Source: Pseudomonadota bacterium
Lineage (GTDB): Bacteria > Desulfobacterota > Desulfobacteria > Desulfobacterales > RPRI01
NCBI GenBank assembly: GCA_043825875.1
Contig: JBDRRF010000040.1
Coordinates: forward strand, 1 to 28,901
Direction: 5' to 3'
DNA: 28,901 nt
Position 1 is the stretch's first letter; every line of letters starts with the position of its first letter. Under the pieces are notes generated by a model. It saw nothing but the letters and a program-made list of their open reading frames with translations. It was not told where the DNA came from and made no database searches. Position numbers and translations under genes: made by a program. Below, piece after piece: positions 9,897-17,723 of this stretch.

Positions 9897-10254
9897 TAAT
9901 TTTACAACTGATAATTTCCAAAGTATTTTAGAAGCGATACAATTGATTGAAGAAAGGTTTGTTGAAGTTAGTCAAGCTGGAGATTTTGTTTTGTCCCCTC
10001 ACGGTGTTATTATACTCGATTCAATAGCCATGAGACTGCAAGTAATTGGAGAATTAGTTAAAAAAATCGAAAAATCAGATCGGTCTCTTCTTGATAAATA
10101 TTCGAATATTAAATGGGATTTGATTATCAGATTAAGAGATATTATATCTCACCACTATGCTGTTATTGACCATGAAATAATTTATGATATATGCAAAAAT
10201 CATATTCCTCCACTAAAAGCATCAGTTTTAAAAATTCTTGAAAAAACTCTGTAA
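9889..10254 (+). CDS. HEPN (DUF86/HepT-like) RNase toxin
   Basis: LQVIGELVK, W..I.RLRDIISHHY (RX4HXY); paired with MNT. Confidence 0.88.
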   Translation: MSDNFTTDNFQSILEAIQLIEERFVEVSQAGDFVLSPHGVIILDSIAMRLQVIGELVKKIEKSDRSLLDKYSNIKWDLIIRLRDIISHHYAVIDHEIIYDICKNHIPPLKASVLKILEKTL

Positions 10255-10275
10255 CTCTGTACTCTCTGTAAGAGA
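10230..10275 (+). repeat. Family A repeat overlapping the HEPN 3' end
   Basis: AAAAATTCTTGAAAAAACTCTGTAACTCTGTACTCTCTGTAAGAGA encodes KILEKTL-stop. Confidence 0.88.
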
Positions 10276-10324
10276 TTTAAAAGATACAAGGCACAAGTTT
10301 ATAAACTTTACGGTTATCGATTTA

Positions 10325-10394
10325 CTGTTTATTGTTAACTGTCAACCGTTAACCGTAAACCGTTTTTCTGCGACTCTGTGTTCTCTGTGAGAGA
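10325..10394 (+). repeat. Family C right-arm heptamers fused to a family A core
   Basis: CTGTTTA TTGTTAA CTGTCAA CCGTTAA CCGTAAA, then TTCTGCGACTCTGTGTTCTCTGTGAGAGA (10366-10394). Confidence 0.88.
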
Positions 10395-10424
10395 CAAGTG
10401 AAAATTTGATAATTTTTTGCCATT

Positions 10425-10447
10425 TGTATATATTCATTGTATATACA
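10425..10447. promoter_or_regulatory. Putative vapBC operator palindrome
   Basis: TGTATATA-N7-TATATACA perfect inverted repeat just upstream of the vapB SD (GGAG). Confidence 0.65.
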
Positions 10448-10465
10448 TAATAGATCGGAGTAACT

Positions 10466-10696
10466 ACGAACACAGCAAAAATTTTTAAAAGCGGGAATTC
10501 TCAGGCAGTAAGATTACCAAAATAATTTCAATTTGCTACCTCAGAGGTTCAAATTTTTCGAAGAGGTGATGAGGTAATTCTTAAAAAAAGCCCAAGAAAT
10601 TTAACCCGTGTATTTGAACTGCTCACCGGATTATCAGTTGATTTTATGGAAAATGGCAGACAGCAACCACCAGTTCAGGAACGGGAACCCTTTTAA
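10466..10696 (+). pseudogene. vapB: AbrB/MazE-type VapB antitoxin pseudogene
   Basis: Manual translation (ACG)NTAKIFKSGNSQAVRLPK*FQF...RRGDEVIL...QEREPF*. The start codon is ACG and there is an in-frame TAA at 10523-10525. Confidence 0.88.
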
Positions 10697-11090
10697 TGTT
10701 CATGCTCGACACCAATATTTGCATTTACATTATTAAACATAAGCCAACGAGCGTACAAAAGCGTTTTAAGATGCTACAGCCCGGGCAGCTTGCAATGTCT
10801 GCCATAACATTTGCCGAATTAATGAATGGTGCAAAAAAAGCCAACAAATTGAGGCAAACACAGCAAAACTAATTGAATTGGCCGAACTGATTAAAATTTA
10901 TCCTTTTGATAAAAATGCCGCAGTTTTTTATGGCGATGTACGTTCAGCCCTTGAGAAAAAGGGAAAAGTAATTGGAAGCAATGATTTGTTGATCGCTGCT
11001 CATGCTTTAAGCCTTAATTTGATATTAGTGACAAATAATGAAAAAGAATTCAAACGAGTTGATGGACTAAAAATAGAATACTGGGTATAA
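10696..11090 (+). pseudogene. vapC: PIN-domain VapC toxin, frameshifted
   Basis: MFMLDTNICIYIIK...SAITFAELMNGAKK, then a frameshift at an A7 run (10833-10839; A8 restores frame) into the frame with IGSNDLLIAAHA...LVTNNEKEFKRV. TAATG coupling with vapB. Confidence 0.9.
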
Positions 11091-11109
11091 GATCAACAAT
11101 TCTGTACAC

Positions 11110-11161
11110 TTCACTCAAAATTTCTTGAAAAAACTTCACAACTCTGAGGTCTCTGTGAGAG
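11110..11161 (+). repeat. Family A repeat (degenerate)
   Basis: CTCAAAATTTCTTGAAAAAAC...ACTCTGAGGTCTCTGTGAGAG. Confidence 0.8.
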
Positions 11162-11166
11162 TTTGT

Positions 11167-11394
11167 TTTGCAGTAAAAATATTCAGCCGCCGACCAACGC
11201 AAACAAACACAAACTTTATAATATCTGCGAACATCCGCGTTTGTCTGCGGCTAACATGAAGCGCGTCTGTTAAATTTGCTTATGTCTGCGGCAAAGATGA
11301 AATTAAATTTTTCTCCTCTGCCCCGCTAAATTCCAAAGAACTATTAAACTGGGGGCAAAAACTCTTAAACAAACTCTGAACTCTCTGTCAGAGA
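11167..11394. repeat. Family B composite element joined directly to a family A repeat (no gene between), with a 36-nt insert at 11320-11355
   Basis: 11167-11295 matches 8861-8986. The following ATGAAATTAAATTTTTCTCCTCT matches 9487-9507. Confidence 0.85.
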
Positions 11395-11408
11395 TAAAAA
11401 GAGGATAT

Positions 11409-11642
11409 ATGGATATTATGTTTGATCGAATAACCATTGATCCGCAAGTCATGAACGGGCAACCATGTCTGCGTAATTTGCGACTGACTGTTAGAAGAGT
11501 TGTGGAAGCTGTCGCGTTATATCCTGACTGGAAGGATCTACATGCTGAATACCCTGAACTTGAAAAAGAAGATATTTATCAGGCTCTGGCTTTTGCAGCA
11601 AGAAATCTTGACAGCCAAATTATTCCACTAGAGGCAGCTTGA
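11409..11642 (+). CDS. DUF433 family protein (putative antitoxin)
   Basis: RITIDPQVMNGQPCLRNLRLTV...EYPELEKEDIYQALAFAA. Confidence 0.88.
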   Translation: MDIMFDRITIDPQVMNGQPCLRNLRLTVRRVVEAVALYPDWKDLHAEYPELEKEDIYQALAFAARNLDSQIIPLEAA

Positions 11643-12022
11643 ACCGTATTTTACTTGATCAGGGTCTACCCCGAACAGCAGCAAATATTCTGCGTGATAA
11701 AGGATGGGATATATTACACACGGGGGACATAGGACTTAGCAGAGCTTCCGATCAGGAAATATTGGCTTATGCCCGTCTTGAAAAAAGGATGATCATTACT
11801 TTAGATGCCGATTTTCATGCGATTTTAGCAGTGGAAAATGCAAAATCTCCTTCAGTAATCAGACTACGGTATGAGGGGCTAAAAGGTCAGGCATTAGCAA
11901 ACTTAATTGAGACAATATGGCCAAGAATTCAGATGCAATTGGAGTCAGGTGCAATGGTAACAGTAACAAGTAAATCAATCAGAATCCGAAAGATTCCAAT
12001 AATAGATACAACTACCCTATAA
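11639..12022 (+). CDS. DUF5615 PIN-like protein (putative toxin)
   Basis: ILLDQGLP, ASDQEIL, IITLDADF; TTG start overlapping the DUF433 stop. Confidence 0.85.
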   Translation: MNRILLDQGLPRTAANILRDKGWDILHTGDIGLSRASDQEILAYARLEKRMIITLDADFHAILAVENAKSPSVIRLRYEGLKGQALANLIETIWPRIQMQLESGAMVTVTSKSIRIRKIPIIDTTTL

Positions 12023-12077
12023 AAACCTGACTGTCATGCTTTACTATGAACTATTAACTATCTTTCTCTTTAGACTT

Positions 12078-12188
12078 CCGTTAACTGTAAACCGTAAACC
12101 GTCAACCGCTTTTATCCGTCAACTGTAAACCGTAAACCGCTTTTAACCGTAAACCGCTTTTAACCGTAAACTGTAAACCGCTTCTACT
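12078..12188 (+). repeat. Family C right-arm array upstream of the four-helix-bundle gene
   Basis: CYGTNAA heptamers plus CCGCTTYTAN 10-mers running up to ATG 12189. Confidence 0.93.
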
Positions 12189-12539
12189 ATGTCCTCTTCT
12201 TTCGAAGATTTAGATGTCTGGAAAAAATCATGCGAATTATCAGTACGTCTTTATGAGTTGCTGAGAAACTGCCGTGATTACGGAATAAAAGATCAAATGC
12301 TCCGTTCATCCATATCTATCCCATCTAATATTGCTGAAGGAGCCGAAAGAAAAAGCACCCCGGATTTCAAGAGATTTATAAACATAGCTCTTGGTTCAGC
12401 TGCCGAGCTAAGAACACAGGTCTATATTTCAAAACAAGTAAACATTTTATCTGATAAAGTTGCTGAAGGACTGATAGAAGAATTAAAATCCATATCAAAA
12501 ATGCTCCAGCGGCTGCACAGTTCATTAAAAGAAAGATAA
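12189..12539 (+). CDS. Four helix bundle protein (23S rRNA-IVP-like family)
   Basis: FEDLDVWKKS, DQMLRSSISIPSNIAEGAER, FINIALGSAAELRTQ. Confidence 0.92.
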   Translation: MSSSFEDLDVWKKSCELSVRLYELLRNCRDYGIKDQMLRSSISIPSNIAEGAERKSTPDFKRFINIALGSAAELRTQVYISKQVNILSDKVAEGLIEELKSISKMLQRLHSSLKER

Positions 12540-12548
12540 CTACCTTTA

Positions 12549-12709
12549 CCGGAAACCATCAACTGTTAACTGCAAACCGCTTCTATCCGTCAACTGTGCA
12601 CCGTAAACTGTAAACCGCTTCTATCCGTCAACCGTCAACTGAAAACTGTCAACTGCTTTTAACCGTCAACCGCTTCTAACTGTCAACTGTAAACTGCAAA
12701 CCGCTTTTA
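12549..12709 (+). repeat. Family C right-arm array downstream of the four-helix-bundle gene
   Basis: Same heptamer/10-mer grammar, running up to ATG 12710. Confidence 0.93.
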
Positions 12710-14872
12710 ATGCATAAATTCTACTACATAATAAAATCATTTTTACCCCGCCGGCTACAGATTTATATCCGGCGCAAGGTTTTAATGAAAAAACACCATA
12801 AATATAAAGATGTCTGGCCTATAGACGAAAAGGCTGCAAAGCTTCCGGAAGGCTTTACAGGATGGCCGGATGGGAAAAAATTTGCTCTTGTCTTGACACA
12901 TGATGTAGAAAATGCAAAAGGACACGACAATTGTAAAAAACTGGCGGAAGTGGATGAAAGTTTTGGCTTCAGATCATCTTTTAATTTTGTTGCAAAAGAT
13001 TATCCTGTTTCACCAAAATTACGCCAATATCTTAATGAGCTGGGATTTGAGGTAGCTATACACGGCCTGCATCATGATAAAAATCCGTTCCGGTCAAAAG
13101 AAGTGTTTCAGGAGCAGGCTGTAGAAATTAACAACCATTTAAAGGAATGGAATGCTGTCGGTTTCCGGTGTCCAAGCATGTATCATGATCTTGAAATGTT
13201 GCATGAGTTAAATATTGAATACGATGCTTCCACATTTGATACTGATCCTTTTGAGCCTCAGCCTGATGGCTTGGGTACAATTTTTCCTTTCTGGGTGTCG
13301 GGTAATTCCAATCAACATTGGAGACCTTTGAAGAATGCTCAATTTTGCTCAGGTTCAAGGAAGGTGGAAATTCCAACCACAGGAATACATGAAGTTGAAT
13401 GTGAACCTGATGAAGAAATCGGGGAAAAGGGAGCGTTATGCAACGGTTTCAGGGGATATATTGAGCTTCCCTACACCCTGCCCCAGGATTTTTTATTGTA
13501 TGTACTTATGAAAGAAAAAAATATAGAAATATGGAAAAAGAAACTTGACTGGATTGCAGATAAAGGAGGTATGGCTCTTTTTATAACACATCCGAACTAC
13601 ATAAGTTTCAATGGAAATTTGACTTATGAAGAATTTCCCGTTAAGTATTATGCAGAGTTTTTGGAGTACATTAAATCAAAATATGAAGGACAATACTGGC
13701 ACGCATTACCAAGGGAGGTTTCACGCTTTTGGCGCACAAACATCGAACCCCAACCAGTTTCAAAGCATCTTGAACCTTGCGCCTTGCGCCATGAACCTTA
13801 TACTTCAAACCTTAAAATTTCTTTAATCGATCCGCTCAATGATCCTCGGTGGGATTCGTTTGTTACAAATCATCCTTTTGGATATATTTGTCATCTATCA
13901 GGTTGGAAACAAGTCCTTGAAGAAAGCTTTCCCCATATGAAGGGGCATTATTTAGCTCTTGTTGATTCCTCTGATAACAGTATACGGGCAGCTCTTCCTC
14001 TTTTTGAGGTAAGAAGCCTCATTACAGGGAACAGGCTGGTCAGTATTCCTTTTGCGACTATTTGTGATCCGCTTGTATCTTCGGATGAAGATATGACAAA
14101 ACTTCTTGATGCGGCAATAGATCTTTCAAAAAAACTTGGAACTTCTAAAATTGAAATAAGAACTAGTGCTTCAGAGCATCTTAATCAGGAGCATAGAACA
14201 GATTCAGTAATACATAATAAGTGCCATCAACTTTCACTTGAAGCCAGCCCTGAAGAACTGATTAAAACATTTAGCAAACAAGTAAAACGCAAGTTAAAAA
14301 AAACCTTAAATTATGATTTAACACCACAAATTGCTGAGCAGGATAATGAACTTAAAGAGTTTTATCATCTTTATGTTAAAACCAGAAAACGTCTGGGACT
14401 CCCTCCACAACCATATCTTTTTTTTAAATTACTGTGGGAAAAATTTTCACCGTCTAAAAATATTACCCTTCTTATGATCAGACATAAAGAAAAGTTAGCT
14501 GCCGGTTTAATAATGTATAAGTTCAAGGATCGCTGCTCATGGGACTATCTGGCATCGGATGTTAATTTTCAGCATCTGCATACAAATTATTTTGGCTTAT
14601 GGGAGGCAATAAAACAATCCTGTTTAGAAGGCTATAAGATATTCGATTTTGGGCGAACAGGAATAAGCAATGAAGGATTGATGGGATTTAAAAGACTTTG
14701 GGGAACAACGATTATAGATCTGCCTCAATATTATTATCCAAAAGAATTATGCTCGAATTTAAAACCTGCTGATTCATCAATGTCATATAAACTTATAAGG
14801 AAGGTTAATAAAATTGCACCTGATTCTGCTTTCCGCCTTATGGGGAAATTTTTATACAAGCATATTGGTTAA
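12710..14872 (+). CDS. Fusion: polysaccharide deacetylase-like (NodB/CE4) domain plus FemAB-like GNAT domain
   Basis: LTHDVE, IHGLHH, GFRCP and ELPYTLPQD in the N-half; SIPFATIC, RKRLGLPPQPY and FDFGRT...GLMGFK in the C-half. Confidence 0.82.
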   Translation: MHKFYYIIKSFLPRRLQIYIRRKVLMKKHHKYKDVWPIDEKAAKLPEGFTGWPDGKKFALVLTHDVENAKGHDNCKKLAEVDESFGFRSSFNFVAKDYPVSPKLRQYLNELGFEVAIHGLHHDKNPFRSKEVFQEQAVEINNHLKEWNAVGFRCPSMYHDLEMLHELNIEYDASTFDTDPFEPQPDGLGTIFPFWVSGNSNQHWRPLKNAQFCSGSRKVEIPTTGIHEVECEPDEEIGEKGALCNGFRGYIELPYTLPQDFLLYVLMKEKNIEIWKKKLDWIADKGGMALFITHPNYISFNGNLTYEEFPVKYYAEFLEYIKSKYEGQYWHALPREVSRFWRTNIEPQPVSKHLEPCALRHEPYTSNLKISLIDPLNDPRWDSFVTNHPFGYICHLSGWKQVLEESFPHMKGHYLALVDSSDNSIRAALPLFEVRSLITGNRLVSIPFATICDPLVSSDEDMTKLLDAAIDLSKKLGTSKIEIRTSASEHLNQEHRTDSVIHNKCHQLSLEASPEELIKTFSKQVKRKLKKTLNYDLTPQIAEQDNELKEFYHLYVKTRKRLGLPPQPYLFFKLLWEKFSPSKNITLLMIRHKEKLAAGLIMYKFKDRCSWDYLASDVNFQHLHTNYFGLWEAIKQSCLEGYKIFDFGRTGISNEGLMGFKRLWGTTIIDLPQYYYPKELCSNLKPADSSMSYKLIRKVNKIAPDSAFRLMGKFLYKHIG
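13321..13450. mobile_element. MITE-like element inserted in frame in the deacetylase domain
   Basis: Imperfect TIRs 13321-13340/13431-13450 (15/20); colinear with element 1-140. Confidence 0.75.
13768..13802 (+). repeat. Heptamer tandem repeat (CCTTGCG type) in the inter-domain linker
   Basis: TCTTGAA CCTTGCG CCTTGCG CCATGAA CCTTATA. Confidence 0.7.
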
Positions 14873-14890
14873 TCCGGAAAGTTTGGAAAT

Positions 14891-16141
14891 ATGAATACAA
14901 CCTACTCACATAAACAAAAGAACACTAGCTCACCAGCTTACAAACCCAAACGAATATGCATGCTGGCATATTCGTTCTATGATTCGGATGGTCGTATCAG
15001 GCGTTATGCAGAAACTTTGTCCAAGCGTGGCGATTATGTTGAAGCTATTTGTTTAAGAAAAGAAGGGCAGCCATATCATGAGGTTGTAGAAGGGGTTAAT
15101 GTATACAGAATACAGAAACGGATTATAGATGAAAAGAGTGAATCCTCATATCTGTTTAAACTAATAAAATTTTTAATTTTATCTATGGTAGTAATATCCA
15201 AAAGACATTTAAAAAATCCTTATGATTTGATACATGTTCATTCCGTTCCTGATTTTGAGGTGTTTGCTGCAATATTTCCAAAATTACGAGGCGCAAAAAT
15301 AATTTTAGATATCCATGATATTGTACCTGAATTTTATGCCAGCAAATTTAACAAAATCGAAACAAGTTATATATTTAAATTATTAGCAGCAGTTGAAAGG
15401 GCTTCAATTACATTTTCCGACCATGTAATTATTTCAAACCACATCTGGGGTAAAACACTTATTTCCCGATCGGTTTCGGAGCAAAAGTGTAGTGTAATAA
15501 TGAATTATCCTGATCCATCTATTTTTTATAAAAGGGTTAAAACCAGAAAAGATGATCGTTTGATCATTATTTACCCCGGTTCTCTTAACTGGCATCAGGG
15601 ATTAGATATTGCAATAAAAGCATTTGCCAAAATTAAAGATAAAATTCCGGAAGCTGATTTTTATATTTATGGACGTGGTCCGGAAAAAAATAATTTATTG
15701 GGTCTTGTTATGGAACTTGGACTACAGGAAAGGGTTTTTATTAAAGACACTCTTCCATTAGATCAAATTGTTGAGATTATGGCAAACGCAGATCTTGGGG
15801 TTGTTCCAAAAAGAAACAGTTTTTTCGGAGGAGAAGCATTTAGTACCAAAATTTGGGAATTTATGACTCTTGGTATCCCTGTAATTGTGTCAGATACTAA
15901 AATAGATAGATTCTATTTCAATGACTCAGTTGTAAAATTTTTCAAACCCGAAAATGAAGATGATTTATCAGAATCTATGTTGACACTTTTAACCAACAAG
16001 CAGTTAAGCGAATCCTTATCCCAAAAAGCAGAAGATTTTGTTTCAGACTTTAGTTGGGAAAAGAAAAAAAATGAATACCTAAACCTTGTGGATTCACTAA
16101 CTGGTAATAATTGTGTTCAAGAAAAGGTTAAAGTAGAATGA
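14891..16141 (+). CDS. GT4 family glycosyltransferase
   Basis: DGRIRRYAETL, ILDIHDIVPE, GLDIAIKAF, STKIWEFMTLGIPVIVS. Confidence 0.88.
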   Translation: MNTTYSHKQKNTSSPAYKPKRICMLAYSFYDSDGRIRRYAETLSKRGDYVEAICLRKEGQPYHEVVEGVNVYRIQKRIIDEKSESSYLFKLIKFLILSMVVISKRHLKNPYDLIHVHSVPDFEVFAAIFPKLRGAKIILDIHDIVPEFYASKFNKIETSYIFKLLAAVERASITFSDHVIISNHIWGKTLISRSVSEQKCSVIMNYPDPSIFYKRVKTRKDDRLIIIYPGSLNWHQGLDIAIKAFAKIKDKIPEADFYIYGRGPEKNNLLGLVMELGLQERVFIKDTLPLDQIVEIMANADLGVVPKRNSFFGGEAFSTKIWEFMTLGIPVIVSDTKIDRFYFNDSVVKFFKPENEDDLSESMLTLLTNKQLSESLSQKAEDFVSDFSWEKKKNEYLNLVDSLTGNNCVQEKVKVE

Positions 16142-17007
16142 TCACATATGTTTTGATAACTCCAGCTCGAAATGAAGAAGCAAATATTGAAAGGGTTATC
16201 ACATCAGTAATTAAACAAACTGTTTTGCCGGTGAAATGGGTTATTGTAAGTGATGGCTCAACCGACCGAACTGATGAGATCGTAGAAAAATATATTAAAG
16301 AAAATCCATGGATAGAATTATTGAGAATGCCGGAACATGCTGATCGTCAGTTTGCAGCTAAAGTTCATTGCTTTAATGCGGGATATAATAAAGTTAAAAC
16401 ATTGAATTATGATATAATCGCAAATCTTGACGCAGATATTTCGTTTGAAAAAGATTATTTTGAATTCCTTATCTCAAAATTTAATGAGAATACAAAATTA
16501 GGTGTTGTCGGAACACCCTTTGTTGAAAACGGTCTGCATTACGATTACAGATTTACAAATATTGAACATGTTTCCGGTGCATGTCAATTATTCAGACGTG
16601 AATGTTTTGAAGAAATTGGGGGGTATATTCCTATAAAGAGTGGTGGCATTGATTGGGTAGCTGTAACTACCGCAAGGATGAAAGGCTGGAAAACCAGAAC
16701 ATTTACCGAAAAAGTTTGCTATCACCATCGAAAGATGGGAACCGGAAACACTTCTGCTTTGTTGACTTGGTTCAGGCAGGGTCAAAAGGATTATTTTTGG
16801 GGCAACCATCCTTTTTGGGAAATTTTCAGAGCTTCCTATCAAATGATCAAAAAACCCTTTATTATTGGTGGATCATTTCTATTCTTCGGATTTGCATGGG
16901 CAAGCCTAAAAAGAATAAAAAGACCCATATCAGAAGAACTTATGAAATTTATTCGCTGTGAACAGATGAACAGGCTAAAAAAAGCGCTCAAACTGAAGAG
17001 TTTCTAG
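16138..17007 (+). CDS. GT2 family glycosyltransferase
   Basis: ITPARNEE, VSDGSTD, NLDAD, FRRECFEEIGG. Confidence 0.9.
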   Translation: MITYVLITPARNEEANIERVITSVIKQTVLPVKWVIVSDGSTDRTDEIVEKYIKENPWIELLRMPEHADRQFAAKVHCFNAGYNKVKTLNYDIIANLDADISFEKDYFEFLISKFNENTKLGVVGTPFVENGLHYDYRFTNIEHVSGACQLFRRECFEEIGGYIPIKSGGIDWVAVTTARMKGWKTRTFTEKVCYHHRKMGTGNTSALLTWFRQGQKDYFWGNHPFWEIFRASYQMIKKPFIIGGSFLFFGFAWASLKRIKRPISEELMKFIRCEQMNRLKKALKLKSF

Positions 17008-17064
17008 CCGCAAACAAACGCAGAAAGAGATTTGATTAACGTTCAAATAAAACTTACCTGCGAT
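17005..17064. repeat. Family B left arm with about 45-nt extension; direct repeat of 19453-19517
   Basis: AGCCGCARACAAACGCAGAAAGASATTTG...GTTCAA...TTACCTGCGAT is shared by both copies. Confidence 0.85.
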
Positions 17065-17208
17065 GGTACAAACAAACTTACTACTGTTGAAAATATGAAA
17101 GACGACATAAACCGGATATTGGAAGGCAAAAACAAGCCTGGCGCAATTCCTGAACTCTGGGACGGCCGAACAAGCGAAAGAATCCTGAAAATATTGATGG
17201 ACTATTAA
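17065..17208 (+). pseudogene. wecB: C-terminal remnant of non-hydrolysing UDP-GlcNAc 2-epimerase
   Basis: Manual translation GTNKLTTVENMKDDINRILEGKNKPGAIPELWDGRTSERILKILMDY*. GTN.L and PELWDG...ERI are typical of the WecB C-terminus. Confidence 0.8.
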
Positions 17209-17212
17209 ATAA

Positions 17213-17277
17213 TCTCTCGCAGAGTCCGCAGAGATCACAAAGATTTTTCAGAATTTTTCAAAAGAAAATTCTGAAAA
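17213..17277 (-). repeat. Family A repeat in inverted orientation with AT hairpin
   Basis: TCTCTCGCAGAGTCCGCAGAGATCACAAAG (17213-17242), then a perfect 13-bp stem 17245-17257/17265-17277. Confidence 0.82.
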
Positions 17278-17357
17278 TATGTTATTCTGCAAATGCAAAA
17301 AAAACCATTTATATATCGGAGTTTTTCATAGGCATGTAAGTTTGTAAGGATTTTTCA

Positions 17358-17723
17358 ATGATTAAATTTGTAGCAGATGCGAATATTGAAAGAAAAATCG
17401 TAGATTGTCTGATAAAACTTGGATTTGATGTAAAATGGATTCCTGATTATAATTGTGAAATGAGTGATACAGATCTCTTAACAATGGCAACTAATGAAAA
17501 TCGCATTCTAATAACAAATGACAAAGACTTCGGTGAGATAGTTTTTTTACGGAAACAAAATTCCGCAGGTATAATACTTATAAGGGTTAAAGGACATAAA
17601 GCTGAAGAAAAAGTAAAAATGTTAGAAAAGCTTATGCTGAATTATAAAGAAAAGATACCTAATCATTTTTCGATTATAACCAAAACAAAGTTCAGATTTA
17701 TTCCGTTGGAGGATATACTATGA
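17358..17723 (+). CDS. DUF5615 PIN-like protein
   Basis: KFVADANIE, SDTDLL, LITNDKDFGE, GIILIR. Confidence 0.87.
   Translation: MIKFVADANIERKIVDCLIKLGFDVKWIPDYNCEMSDTDLLTMATNENRILITNDKDFGEIVFLRKQNSAGIILIRVKGHKAEEKVKMLEKLMLNYKEKIPNHFSIITKTKFRFIPLEDIL

Noticed and set aside
10878..11090. 70-aa stand-alone ORF
   Set aside because: It is the 3' half of frameshifted vapC.
8912..11254. CRISPR array interpretation of the four 34-nt B repeats (and of the A cores)
   Set aside because: Spacing is irregular (7 nt to about 1.7 kb), the intervening DNA is whole genes, both orientations occur, and there are no cas genes.
12189..12539. Diversity-generating retroelement or rRNA intervening sequence
   Set aside because: No reverse transcriptase, TR/VR pair or rRNA sequence is in the window.
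5380..12709. Classical integron attC sites (GTTRRRY/RYYYAAC-like words occur in family C)
   Set aside because: The GTT/AAC words are parts of tandem heptamers, not single R''/L''-L'/R' boxes after each gene. There is no intI in the window, and A and B lack these cores. Not formally excluded without a covariance-model scan.
16138..17208. Stop-codon readthrough fusing GT2 to the in-frame wecB remnant
   Set aside because: The frame match has a one-in-three chance, the linker is repeat-derived, and no recoding signal was recognised.
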